Positions 39,622 through 51,100 of a stretch of DNA of 64,000 nucleotides are shown here, in pieces; the first letter of the stretch is position 1; the number at the start of each line of letters is the position of its first letter. The notes under the pieces are model-generated. The model saw only the letters and a program-made list of their open reading frames with translations. It was not told the DNA's origin and did no database searches. Position numbers and translations under genes: made by a program. The stretch comes from an uncultured virus (IMG/VR IMGVR_UViG_3300042898_002817) (taxonomy: Duplodnaviria; Heunggongvirae; Uroviricota; Caudoviricetes): IMG/VR virus record IMGVR_UViG_3300042898_002817; one strand, 5' to 3'.

Positions 39622-40446
39622 TTATTGTTCGGATTTAGATTTATCAGCTGTATCTAGTTCTGCTAGTTTCTTTAAAGAAAATGTTTTTAGCATTTTATAA
39701 AAATTATTTTTATCTTCTGGTTCAGCTTCTTTAAATGTTGAGTTTAAAACTTTTGCTAATGTTTTGATTCTAGCAATATTTCCTGTTTGTTCTGACATAT
39801 GTTTTGAGAATCTAGTTATTGCTAATACATCAATTGCTTCAGGATCTAATTTTTTGTCTGCAGCAGGTGCTTCAGTTGGTGCTGCCGGATCTGTTGTGGG
39901 TGCTTCGGGGGCAACAGGAGCTTCTGTTGGCACCGGTGCTTCAGGTGCAGGCGGAGCTTCGGCTGTTGGTGCTTCAGGTGCAGGTGCTTCTTCTGCAGGT
40001 GGTGCTTCTGGTGCTACCGGTTCTTCTTCTGGAGCTGCTGCATCTTGTTCTGCTAATAGTTTTGACATTTTTCTACGTATATATTCTCTGACTAGTAATT
40101 CTTTACTTTCTCTAGTTAAATTTTCTATTTTGTCTTTAAGTACAGCTGACGTATTTTTTTCTTCATCGTCTTGTCGTTTTTTAAGACGTTTTGCAGCAGT
40201 TTTTGGATCATAGTCTGCATCTTCTAAATCTTTGTATAATCGGTCATCTGCATTATATGTTGGATACATTTTGCCGTCATCTTGCATTTCTTTGTCTGTT
40301 TTACGTAAAACGCCTAGATGCTTATCTCCAGTTGTAAACGGATTCAATCCATTGCTTTTATCATCCATTGTATAATCTTTAAGATCCTTACGTGATGTTG
40401 GTTTGCTGTTTTCTGGTTTTTTGTATTTGCTTTTGTGTTTTTCCAT
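39622..40446 (-). CDS. Hypothetical protein with a Pro/Ala/Glu-rich linker
   Basis: EAP repeats after LLAE/Q; ATATTTAT motif upstream. Confidence 0.75.
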   Translation of the reverse strand: MEKHKSKYKKPENSKPTSRKDLKDYTMDDKSNGLNPFTTGDKHLGVLRKTDKEMQDDGKMYPTYNADDRLYKDLEDADYDPKTAAKRLKKRQDDEEKNTSAVLKDKIENLTRESKELLVREYIRRKMSKLLAEQDAAAPEEEPVAPEAPPAEEAPAPEAPTAEAPPAPEAPVPTEAPVAPEAPTTDPAAPTEAPAADKKLDPEAIDVLAITRFSKHMSEQTGNIARIKTLAKVLNSTFKEAEPEDKNNFYKMLKTFSLKKLAELDTADKSKSEQ

Positions 40447-40469
40447 TTTGTATCTTTATAATAAATATG

Positions 40470-42524
40470 TTACCGAGTATATTTCAATACTCCTAGTAGT
40501 TGATTAACTGGTGCAAATGCTCCTGTCATTTTATATGTATTGCCTTGAAATGTAAATACAACCCCTTCAGTTGGTACAATTGCATCAAACCCGCCTAATT
40601 TTTGTATGCGTTTTAGTTCATGTTCTAATTTTTGTATTGTAGCAGCATCGCCTTTGGCTTGCAAATCTTTGATAAGTTGAGCTAATTCTGTTTTTATTTC
40701 TTGAACCGTTTGGTCTGGATTTGCTGCTAGATAATTGGTTGCATTTTGCAATACCAAAACTCCTAAGCGCAAAAAGATTGATTCAAATGGTTCTAAATTT
40801 TGTTTTTTGTATTGTTTGAAATCTTTTTTATCAAACTCATCAACCCATGCTAAAAATTCAGGATTTACAATTTGTTTTTTAAGTATGGATATATTTGTTG
40901 ATTTATCATTAAATGACCATCGATACATCAATGTATCAACCAACTCGTCTGTAATATCATATCCTAATTGTTGAGCCTTTGATTTGATAACATCTCGCCA
41001 CCATGATTTGTGATATTCACTAATTAAATCTGTCTCTTTAAGATTAAATTTTGTTTGTAGTTGTGTAATCTCATTAAAGAATGCTGCTTGTTGATCTTCA
41101 AAATCATATACTCGACCCAATTTAATACGTTGTGGTGGAATAAAAGAAAATGTTTTTTGCATGTGTGCATTTGCATCTTGAATGATTTTTTGCATGGTTG
41201 CTCCGCCGGTTAAATCAGTTTCAATTACTTTTCCTTTTTCATCATATTCAACCAAATTATGAAATTGTAAATGAGCTTTATCATATGCAATTACATTTTT
41301 AGTTGCTGGATAAATAATTTCCATGTTAGCAAATACTCGGCCATTTTTGAATATTTGATTCAAAGTATTTTCAGGAATAACATTAAATGCTTCCGTTAAA
41401 TCTTCAGCACAAGCCTGATATGCATCTACTACCGGTTGATAATTTGCTCCCGCTTCAGCTCCTTTTTCTGCTATAGCTTTTTGTTGTTTGCGTTGAAAAT
41501 CTGCAATAATTTCGGACGTTGTCATTGGATTAGTTATAGTTCCAGATCCTCGAGCAAATCCAATTTCATTGTTTTTCCAAGTTACAAAAATATTTTGGCC
41601 ATCAGTTTTTTCAGTTACTGCTTGTTCAATATCTAAACGTCCTTCTAATGCTCTTGATACAATTTCTTTCATATCATTAAAAGTTAATCCGTGATCGTCC
41701 CATGGGTGTGCCATATGTCCTGCTGCACCGCCTTCCATTAATGATACTCCCATTACTGTTTTAGGGAACTGATCAAAATCATAAACAAATGATGCATCTT
41801 GTTTGCGGTCTAAAAATTTATTGAGTTTATTGATCTTTTTTTTGTGATTTGCCGTTTCGGCGTTATTCATTGTTGCAGCAAAAACTTCGTCTACTTCTTC
41901 TTGCAAATTGCTGATCCACCAATTTTTTGAAAATAATGCCTCCTGAACTCCTTTACATGTTTGCCATGCATTTTTAACTAGTGCATCTTCAAATTGTGGA
42001 TATGATGAACGAAATGTATCATAATCATTATCTTGAATTGATTGTCGAACAATTGTTGCTGATATTGGTTCTCCGTTAGTGTATGTTAATGGATCAACAT
42101 TGATGCTTAATTCGATTGCGTTGATACCGCTAGGAATTGTACGGCCTTTTTTATCGCCAATTGTAACATACTTATCTACATTTGGAACAAAATCTTTGGC
42201 ACGAACATAATCATTGCCTTTAGTTGAAGCTGCCATTGCATATCTTCCTGTTGCATCTTTTGGTAATGCAAAAAGATATTCATATGCGGCTGTTATTGGA
42301 GAATTAAATTCAGTGGACTGTATTTCAATGTTTGGATCAGAATTTAATAGATTGAATAATTCAATTGTTTTGCTGCGAGAAATTCCTTGTCGCTCTGTTG
42401 GTCCAATCAAAAGAATTACTTGGTCAACTGCAGGATCTTCTGCATATCGTTGTGCTAATGCTAAGTGTGCTCCAGTTAGTGGTTTGAATCCACCTGGAAA
42501 AAGTATTGTTGTTTTATTCATCAT
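40470..42524 (-). CDS. Fusion of an HxGH-type nucleotidyltransferase-like domain and an RNA-ligase-like domain
   Basis: N-terminal LFPGGFKPLTGAH and ISATIVR; C-terminal TEKTDGQN (KxDG), NMEII, EGVVF, YK. Start moved to MMNKTT. Confidence 0.65.
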   Translation of the reverse strand: MMNKTTILFPGGFKPLTGAHLALAQRYAEDPAVDQVILLIGPTERQGISRSKTIELFNLLNSDPNIEIQSTEFNSPITAAYEYLFALPKDATGRYAMAASTKGNDYVRAKDFVPNVDKYVTIGDKKGRTIPSGINAIELSINVDPLTYTNGEPISATIVRQSIQDNDYDTFRSSYPQFEDALVKNAWQTCKGVQEALFSKNWWISNLQEEVDEVFAATMNNAETANHKKKINKLNKFLDRKQDASFVYDFDQFPKTVMGVSLMEGGAAGHMAHPWDDHGLTFNDMKEIVSRALEGRLDIEQAVTEKTDGQNIFVTWKNNEIGFARGSGTITNPMTTSEIIADFQRKQQKAIAEKGAEAGANYQPVVDAYQACAEDLTEAFNVIPENTLNQIFKNGRVFANMEIIYPATKNVIAYDKAHLQFHNLVEYDEKGKVIETDLTGGATMQKIIQDANAHMQKTFSFIPPQRIKLGRVYDFEDQQAAFFNEITQLQTKFNLKETDLISEYHKSWWRDVIKSKAQQLGYDITDELVDTLMYRWSFNDKSTNISILKKQIVNPEFLAWVDEFDKKDFKQYKKQNLEPFESIFLRLGVLVLQNATNYLAANPDQTVQEIKTELAQLIKDLQAKGDAATIQKLEHELKRIQKLGGFDAIVPTEGVVFTFQGNTYKMTGAFAPVNQLLGVLKYTR

Positions 42525-42558
42525 ATAATTAAATATTAATTTGTTTAGTTTTATATTA

Positions 42559-45500
42559 TTAACCCGGGGCCGTATAGTTTCCCGGAAGTTGGTCGGGTGC
42601 AAGTGTATTGCCTAAAATTCTGCTTGACCGGAACACCCATCCCCTTGTGTTTCCACTAACTAAGTCAGCAGTAGTTCTACCTATTATTGCATATATTTTA
42701 ACATATTTTCCGGTAAAACCAATTAAATTTATATTAGTATTACATGTAGCATTTCCTTTTTTTGGTGTGTTTCCTAGGTTGGCCGGGAAGTAAGCAAAGT
42801 TTGTTGCTGTGCCTGTTGTTGGTGTTGTCCATACATCAAATTCATTAGCGGCAGCAGTTTGTATATAAAATTTTACAGTCATATATGAAGAAACAGCTGT
42901 TGTTGTTGGCGTAAAACTATACATAAATGATGCTTGAATATTTGTTTCGCCAGGTAACAAAAATGTTTCAAATATACCTAAAGATGATGAAAAAGGCGTT
43001 GCTAGCAAGTTTGCATTCGGGCCAATAGTGTCTGTACCACGATTAAAAAATAATACTCGACCTACATTTAATGCATCTATATAGCCATCTTTTGGGGCAA
43101 ATAATATATTGGGGCCTTTTTTTATTTGTAGACCATCAGTAGAATCGTATTTTATATGGCTAGAACCCGGATCGCCGGCTCTAAATTCACCGGTGGAACT
43201 GTTACCTAACCAAATTCCGGAGCCTAAGGTGGCACTGGTAGCGTTACCTAATGCGATGCTAGGGTTTGTACCTGCTGTAAGGGTTATACCGGGAGCCGTT
43301 ATATTAGACGTACCTATTGTAAACCCTCCAATTACGCCGGCATCGGCGGTGACAGTACCGGTAAATTTACCTCCCGTAAACAACACACTGCTACCTGTTA
43401 CATCACCATTTGCTTTAACATTGAATTTGCTTGAACTTATAAAGAAACCATTTCCGGTGGCAGATCCTGATAAATAAAATCCAGAACCTGTTATTGCATT
43501 TCGAGTGATTTCAAATCCTCCAATGTTACCGGTGGTTGCGTTTATGTTTCCTGTAACTGATACTGAGCCTGAAAACAATGCAGATGATGCGGTAACATCG
43601 CCATTTGCTTTAACATTGAATTTTGAAGATGAAATAAAGAAACCATTTCCAGTTGCAGATCCTGATAAATAAAATCCAGAACCTGTTATTGCATTTTGTG
43701 TAATTTCAAATCCGCCAATTCGACCTGTTCCTGCAGTTATTTTTCCAGACATCGTTACATTGCCGGTTGTATCTAAATTAAAATTGTCAGAACCTATTAC
43801 AAGTTTGCCGTTGCTACCACTTATGTATTGAGTGCTATCTCCTAAAAAGAATTTAGGTGTTACTAAATTAATTTGTGATCCGGATATTGTGGCTTGATCA
43901 GAAACTTTTAATATGAAAGAACCGCCACCAAATGATATTTGATTGTTGGCATCTTTTTTAAATAAAAATTCTCCGGATGAACTTATATAAGCATTCCAGT
44001 CCGGAGAATTATAATATCCTAGATAATTTGACGATAAAAATAATCCTGGTCCACCAGCTGGCGTATTATTTGGTTTAATTATTTTATTATCAGCATTTGT
44101 TACAATTGTACTAATTATTGATGATGATACTCCAGTTATTCTTGTATTAAGTGATGATGATGTTGAAGTTATTGACGATGCTAACGATGATGATGCTGAA
44201 GATAATGAAGATGAGAGTGATGATGATACTCCGGTTATTGTTGTATTAAGTGATGATGATAATGAGCTAGTTGCTGCATTAAGTGATGCTGTAACAGATG
44301 CAGGCGTAGCAAATCCAGTACCACTTTCAATATTCACGACACCGGATATTGTTAATGTGCTACCATTCCATGAAAGTTTGTCTTTCAACGAAAATTGACT
44401 GGAGCTGTCTAAATAAAATCCAGTATTAGAATTATTAAATGTGCCTGTGCCTGTAAATAATTTGCTCGAGGCCATATTTATTCCGCCAATACTACCCGTA
44501 TTAGCAATAATACCACCTTGCAAAAATACATTATCGGTAGCTAAACCAAAACCAGGATTAGATTTTCCAAACACATAACTGTTACCTGCTAGTCCGGATA
44601 AATCTCCTAAACGAGCTTTTAATGCAACATCATAAATTCCGCTTCCGGTTCTTTCAACAATGTCAATATATGGCGTTGCTTGATCATTTGGATTAGCATT
44701 GATACGAATGAATCCGGTGCCTTCTTTACCAGTTGACACAATTACTTGCGAGCCTGAATAACTTTGACCTGTGCTAGGTTGTTCTCCTAATGATGCTGAA
44801 TTTCCTGTAAGGCCATTTCCGTATGCTCTAGTTACATATATTCGTCCAAATAAATCTTCTCCGGTGCCATCTCTAGATGCTGAATTTATTCGCATATACT
44901 CTGTTGCAAATCCAGTGCTACTAAACTTTTTAGCAGTAAGTATTTCTCCAGACTCAAATCCTGTAACATTTTCTACAGACATTGTTGTTTGCGTAGGAGT
45001 ATAATTACCGGTTGGACTTGCTCCAGCAAAACTTGATCCTGTTAATGTAGTTGAATTTGCAACATATAATTGTCCTCCAACAGCATTAACTGATGTTTTT
45101 TCAAACACTGCAGTTGATAACGTCCCTCGAATTTTTGCATTTTCAAATTCTGCAGAGCCATTTCCTGCGGCGGAAATTTTCCATCCTTTTAAATCAGATG
45201 CATAGTCAGACGTTTGAATTGAACCTGCACTATCTATTACAATGTTTGTGCCAGTAATTTTTGAAGAATCAATTGTAAATCCTCCAATTTTACCTCCATC
45301 AAACAATACTTGAGACCCGGATACTGTACCATCTTGTCGAACATTGAATTTGCTTGAACTTATAAAAAATGCTGTACTTAAATTGGATGGATCTACTGAA
45401 CTTGATATTAAAAAAGTTGTTGCTCCACTAGTATTAATTCCACTTAATGCATTGTTAGTTAATGTAAATGATCCAATTTTACCACCGGTAAATAATACAC

Positions 45501-48138
45501 TACTACCGGTTACATCACCGTTTCCTTTAACATTGAATTTTGATGATGATATAAAAAATTGAGTACCGGTTGTTGCAGAACCAGATATTAAAACGCCACT
45601 TCCAGTTATTGCATCTCGGGTAATTTCAAATCCACCAATGTTTCCTGTAGTTGCATTAATATTTCCTGTAACTGATACAGAACCTGAAAACAATGCAGAT
45701 GATGCTGTTACATCACCGTTTGCTTTTACATTGAATTTTGAAGATGAAATAAAGAAATCATTGTTAGCTGCGGTGCCTGATATAAAGAAATTGGATCCAT
45801 TAGATAAAGTGCTATCACTAATTGTGAATCCGGCTATTTTGCCTCCAGTAAACAATACATTGCTGCCGGTAACATTGCCATTTGCTTTTACATTGAATTT
45901 GCTTGAACTTATAAAAAAGTCGTCTCCGGTTGCATTTCCTTGTAGATAAAAATTAGAGCCATTGAATAAAGAGTTATCGTTAATTGTAAAGCCGCCTATT
46001 ACACCTGCTGTTGCGTTGATGGTGCCGGCCATTAATACATCGCCATCTTCATCTAAAACAAAATTGGATGACGATATTACCAAACTTCCCGATCCACCAT
46101 TAATAAATCCTTCAATATATGATGAACTAGGACTTCCTAGGAAAAACGTGTTTGTACGTATATCTAGTTCACTGTCTGATGTTGAATATCTAAAATAATT
46201 GTTAGGATCTTGATATAATTCTAGGCCAACACCTGAATATGGATTTCCTTTAGATAATTTTCCTGGCAATGCAGATCCTGACCACATTAAAAATCCTGCT
46301 ATGTCATCGTCAAATCCTTGATATCCGGAACTTATAACATGTCCGGAATTCGTATTGCCGGATATTCCTAGACCAGTACCTAAAGAATCTCCTACCCACA
46401 CTGACCCCGTAATCATTGAAAAATCACCATCAATATAATGATTCCCACCTTCCCAATTATTATCGTTTACATATGAAATATATTTGCTTTTTTCGCCTTG
46501 CACATTGTAGTATTCAACTTTAAATGAAAGTTGATTGTTTGATTTATGCGTAGTTGGTACTAACGATTTAATTCTTGTATAATTAGGAGAAAACCCAACA
46601 TCATTATTTGAAGTGACATGTATATTAGAAACGTGCCAATTCCCAGATTCAACAACTAGTATTAAAACACCAGTTCCGGAATAGTCAGACTCAAAATCAA
46701 TTACATATTCATTAAATTTTTGATTGTTAACTAACGTTTGTAATTCACCAATTCGTTTGCCGAACTTGTAAGGAAATTCTTGATTAAAATAATCAGTTGG
46801 ATCTTGATAAAATGAACTGCCAGAAACATAAATTGATAATATTGGAGATTCACTTCCTGTTTTTATGCCAGCTGCATCTAAAGTTAATTTGTATGACGAT
46901 TTTTCTGCAAAAGTTCCTGCATACGCAGACTTTATTTTTGCAACAAGTACTGTATTTTTATTTGACAAATCTATTGAACTAGATATAGTCATTGCATTTA
47001 ATATCGATGCTGTTGTATATGTTAATACAGGACTGGACAATATTGTGGTTCCTGTAAATGCTTGTCCATCCCAAAAATCAGTTATATCATCTTGTTTATT
47101 AAAAACACCAATTGGCGGAATTGGGGATATTGACCCGGTATTCGTTTCAAATATTTCTGTTTTTTCTAGTTCAATATCATTGATTAATTCCCATGTTCCA
47201 ATTGTTCCACTATTATTAGAAAAAACTTTTATTCTTGATATATCTCCCGTTGCTGGTTCTAATTTATTAATTTTTAAATCTAAAAAAGAATGTGAATTTT
47301 GTGTAGGAGTATAGATTGGAGTTGCTTCATATGTTAATGCGTATGAAGATAATTCAAATGTATTATATGTATGATTTAATATATTTTGTGTATCAGTTAC
47401 TTGGTATGCTGTATTTAATAACGCCGTTGTGGGAGTTAAAATTTTTTTAATGGTAGAAACATATGTCGACGATGATACAACAAAATCGATTGCGGGTAAA
47501 GGCAGTACAGGATTTGATACAGTTATAGTACCATTAGACATATCAGAAGTAAAAAATCCATTTGATAATTCTAGTGCCGGTTGTTCGTTATAATTAAAAT
47601 ATCTTACAGTACCGGTAGAATATGATGCTGTTTGTAGATTATTTGCATATGTACGATTTAATTGTGGGGCTATTAGTTCAGCAACAGTAACTTCTGGATC
47701 TGTATCAAATATTATTTCAGAAACGTTTGGTGTTCCAGGATTAACTGCTACTGTTCTTGACCATTTTACGTTATAACGGTCAATCCATTCTTCTGTTACA
47801 AATTCATCTGCTGCAGAACCTATAATAGTTATTGTGCAATCTCCTGGCGATGTATCTTCATAAATATATATAGCAATTATTCGACTGTCATCTTCGTCAA
47901 TATAATTAACTAGTTCTGCATATATCGGATCTCCGTTATAATCTAATACTTCAAAATCTATATTGGCACCAATTTTTAAATTTGTAGGATGTCCTCGAAG
48001 TTTAAATAAATTTTTGCCGGCGGTAAGTCGTAATGGAAAATTAGATATTTGAAACCAGTCCGGAGATGTTTCCGATTCATCATTAAAATAAACAGGAATT
48101 AAATTTAATTGTTGTAATACTGCTGGTTTACGATTCAA
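42559..48138 (-). CDS. Large repeat-rich tail/baseplate-associated fibre protein
   Basis: 1859 aa, TTG start; six FFISSSKFNV-containing repeats, GxIGGFxI beta repeats, and a PYIDI...KARLGDLSG segment. Confidence 0.7.
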   Translation of the reverse strand: MNRKPAVLQQLNLIPVYFNDESETSPDWFQISNFPLRLTAGKNLFKLRGHPTNLKIGANIDFEVLDYNGDPIYAELVNYIDEDDSRIIAIYIYEDTSPGDCTITIIGSAADEFVTEEWIDRYNVKWSRTVAVNPGTPNVSEIIFDTDPEVTVAELIAPQLNRTYANNLQTASYSTGTVRYFNYNEQPALELSNGFFTSDMSNGTITVSNPVLPLPAIDFVVSSSTYVSTIKKILTPTTALLNTAYQVTDTQNILNHTYNTFELSSYALTYEATPIYTPTQNSHSFLDLKINKLEPATGDISRIKVFSNNSGTIGTWELINDIELEKTEIFETNTGSISPIPPIGVFNKQDDITDFWDGQAFTGTTILSSPVLTYTTASILNAMTISSSIDLSNKNTVLVAKIKSAYAGTFAEKSSYKLTLDAAGIKTGSESPILSIYVSGSSFYQDPTDYFNQEFPYKFGKRIGELQTLVNNQKFNEYVIDFESDYSGTGVLILVVESGNWHVSNIHVTSNNDVGFSPNYTRIKSLVPTTHKSNNQLSFKVEYYNVQGEKSKYISYVNDNNWEGGNHYIDGDFSMITGSVWVGDSLGTGLGISGNTNSGHVISSGYQGFDDDIAGFLMWSGSALPGKLSKGNPYSGVGLELYQDPNNYFRYSTSDSELDIRTNTFFLGSPSSSYIEGFINGGSGSLVISSSNFVLDEDGDVLMAGTINATAGVIGGFTINDNSLFNGSNFYLQGNATGDDFFISSSKFNVKANGNVTGSNVLFTGGKIAGFTISDSTLSNGSNFFISGTAANNDFFISSSKFNVKANGDVTASSALFSGSVSVTGNINATTGNIGGFEITRDAITGSGVLISGSATTGTQFFISSSKFNVKGNGDVTGSSVLFTGGKIGSFTLTNNALSGINTSGATTFLISSSVDPSNLSTAFFISSSKFNVRQDGTVSGSQVLFDGGKIGGFTIDSSKITGTNIVIDSAGSIQTSDYASDLKGWKISAAGNGSAEFENAKIRGTLSTAVFEKTSVNAVGGQLYVANSTTLTGSSFAGASPTGNYTPTQTTMSVENVTGFESGEILTAKKFSSTGFATEYMRINSASRDGTGEDLFGRIYVTRAYGNGLTGNSASLGEQPSTGQSYSGSQVIVSTGKEGTGFIRINANPNDQATPYIDIVERTGSGIYDVALKARLGDLSGLAGNSYVFGKSNPGFGLATDNVFLQGGIIANTGSIGGINMASSKLFTGTGTFNNSNTGFYLDSSSQFSLKDKLSWNGSTLTISGVVNIESGTGFATPASVTASLNAATSSLSSSLNTTITGVSSSLSSSLSSASSSLASSITSTSSSLNTRITGVSSSIISTIVTNADNKIIKPNNTPAGGPGLFLSSNYLGYYNSPDWNAYISSSGEFLFKKDANNQISFGGGSFILKVSDQATISGSQINLVTPKFFLGDSTQYISGSNGKLVIGSDNFNLDTTGNVTMSGKITAGTGRIGGFEITQNAITGSGFYLSGSATGNGFFISSSKFNVKANGDVTASSALFSGSVSVTGNINATTGNIGGFEITRNAITGSGFYLSGSATGNGFFISSSKFNVKANGDVTGSSVLFTGGKFTGTVTADAGVIGGFTIGTSNITAPGITLTAGTNPSIALGNATSATLGSGIWLGNSSTGEFRAGDPGSSHIKYDSTDGLQIKKGPNILFAPKDGYIDALNVGRVLFFNRGTDTIGPNANLLATPFSSSLGIFETFLLPGETNIQASFMYSFTPTTTAVSSYMTVKFYIQTAAANEFDVWTTPTTGTATNFAYFPANLGNTPKKGNATCNTNINLIGFTGKYVKIYAIIGRTTADLVSGNTRGWVFRSSRILGNTLAPDQLPGNYTAPG

Positions 48139-48164
48139 AATTTAGATTTCTTTTTATATAAATA

Positions 48165-51100
48165 TCAAGTATGTAAAATCTTGCTGTATCCGTTTATTTT
48201 GTTTACTTCAATTAAATTGTCGACCATATCACGCATAGAATCTACATGAGAAATAATTATTGAGAAGTCAAATTTAGTTCGAAAATATTCAAATAAATTT
48301 ACTACAGCAGATATATGCTCTGCATCTAAACTGCCCCAACCTTCGTCTATTGCAATAAAATTTGGTCTAGGGAGTGCTGACACGTTAATTAATGCAATAC
48401 GTATTGCTAATGATGCAATAAACTTTTCCATGCCGCTAGTTAATTCTAATGGCCAATAATTATCTTCATCATAAATAATATATCCATTGATATTTTTTCC
48501 GTCAGTATTTAATACCATATTAAATTCAACAATCTGATTGAGCACATTGTTAATTTCTACTTCTATCTTAGGAAGTGCTTTAACCACCAATTCCATAGCA
48601 ATGCCGTCTCGTTTAACTGAATCTAGATAATATTCATATGCTTTATATTCAATTTCTAATTGTTGATATTTTTCTAAATTTTCTAGGGCAATACTTTTAT
48701 GTGTTTTTGCTACTTCTATAGCCCCATACATGTTTTTAATTTGTTCTTGAATTGATTTTATATCAGTAGTGCATCCAATAATTTCCAATTTACATGCCTC
48801 AATTAATTCATCAACTGTTTCATTATGTTTAATTGCTGTTTCGTTTTTACTAAATAGTTCTTGTCGATCTAAACATGTTTCTAGTTCAGATTCGCGAGTT
48901 TGTAAATCAGATTCTAAAATTTGTTGTTGCAATTTAGATCGTTCACGCAAATTAATATTTGTTGTAATATCAGCCGTTAATTCATTGTATGTTTGATTTA
49001 TTGCTATAAATTCAGTTAACATGGAAATTTTAGATTGATAATTTAACAATTCTATTTGCAAACTATTTAATATTTCTTGATCTGTATTAATTGTAGTTTG
49101 GGCTTGGATTGCATCTTGTACAAATATGTTAGATGTACAGTATTTACAATTTGGATCATATTGGTGGGTGTTAAGATGATCAATTTTTTGTTGTTTTTCA
49201 TTGCATGTTCTTTGTTGTTCTGTAATTTGTAACATTAAACTATGTTGTTGATCTTGCAAGTCTTGTAATTTTTGCAATTTATTTGTTACAGATTTGATAT
49301 TAATTTTTGATATGTTTGTTCTTGCTTTAGAAATTGTTGCAGATATTGAATTAATTGATGTTTCTGAGATTTCTATATCTTCTTGCAGTTGTTCAATTAA
49401 ACTTTCTAAATTTTGTTCTATTTTATTTAAGGCATTGATATTAGGTCCATCATACGTTGTTGGTAATTTTGTTTCAATTAATAAAACAATTTTTTCTTGT
49501 AATGTGTTTCTAGTTTCTTGTAAAGTGGCTTCTGATTGTTCTAATTTTTGAATTTTATTTTGATTTTTAGTTATAATATCATCTGAATGAATAATTATTT
49601 CTGCAAAATCCGTTTTTTTATATGTTTTTAATTTGCCGGAAGTTTCTTTAATTTCGTCAGCTGCAAGTTGATATAGTTGTTCAAATACAGTGATATCTAA
49701 AAACTGTGAAAGCAAATCTTTGCGTTCTTTTTGAGACTTTTCAATAAAATTATTGTTGTCAGCTTGAAGTGAAAATGCAGTTAAAATAAAATCATCATAT
49801 GTACCTAAATATCTTCGAATTGATTTGTTTGTATCACTTCGTTCTTCACCATTTAAATTTTCTGTATCTGTATAAAAATCTACATCTACCTTAACATGTT
49901 TTTCTTTTTTCTTGGTTCCACGTCTTTCAATTGTATATTGAATGCCGTTCATTTCAAATTTAAAGATGCCTTTAAATGTAGTTTTTTTGTTGTTTAAAAC
50001 TTCATTCGCTTTTCCTGTTTTACTGCATTTATCAAATATAGTATATGTAATTGCATCTAATAGTGATGATTTACCTGATGTATTTGCCGCAAAAAGTCCG
50101 CAAACATCTGACAAATTATCAAAATTTAAAATATTATTGTCTCCATATGAAAACATGTTTTCAAATTCAAATGATATTGGATGCCACGTGGTATGTCGTA
50201 TCGATTCTACTGCTGGTAATTTTGAATTAATGGTTCGATTAATATGTCGTACCGTATCAAGTTCTTGTGCAGTTGCTTGTGGAAAGTTTATATCAATATA
50301 ATCAGTCAACAAAGTATTTTGATATTCAACGTCTCTAACATTGCCAATTGATATTGAAGTTGCAGAAGTTGAATCAGTACTGGTTATTGTTCTCTGAATA
50401 GTTATGTCTTGTACATTGTATTTTTTTCGAATAGTTGCAATCAACCGTTTCATGTCTGCTGCACTAGTTTCATTAAATTTAATGCGAATTCTAGGTTTAT
50501 TTGGCATTCGATGTGGCGATGCAACAATTGAAGAACCCAATGTTTCAATAGTTACATATCCATAATCATTTGGTATTTCAGCAAAGTCAGCCCGTCGATT
50601 TTCAACGTCCCACACCAATATCCCGTGGTCTAATGCTTCTCCGTGATTTTGTTGAATCAATGACCCAGGATATGCAATAGTTCGGTTAGCATCTAAAAAT
50701 TGTGCTGGTTTATGTATGTCTCCTAACAATGTTAAATCATGTCCTTTAAATGTGTCTATGGTTACATGTTCATTTGAAATTTGATATCCAATATCTGTTT
50801 TAGCAGTATTTACTGCTCCATGATGCAATGCAATTTTATATGGCGCTTCAAAATCTTTAGCTTGAATATAATGCTCCGGGGCGATATCGACTGCCATATG
50901 ATTCCACGTAATTCCGCCAAATTCAAACAATCCATTGTCACGTATAAAATGAATATTTTTATTATCAATAACATCTAGAATAGGACTAACAGCATCAATG
51001 CGATGCATATTATTTAAATTCATGTCATGGTTGCCTAGAATAACAATTGTAGGTATTGTAAATCCTTTAAAGAAATTTATCAACATTTGTACTAGTTCTG

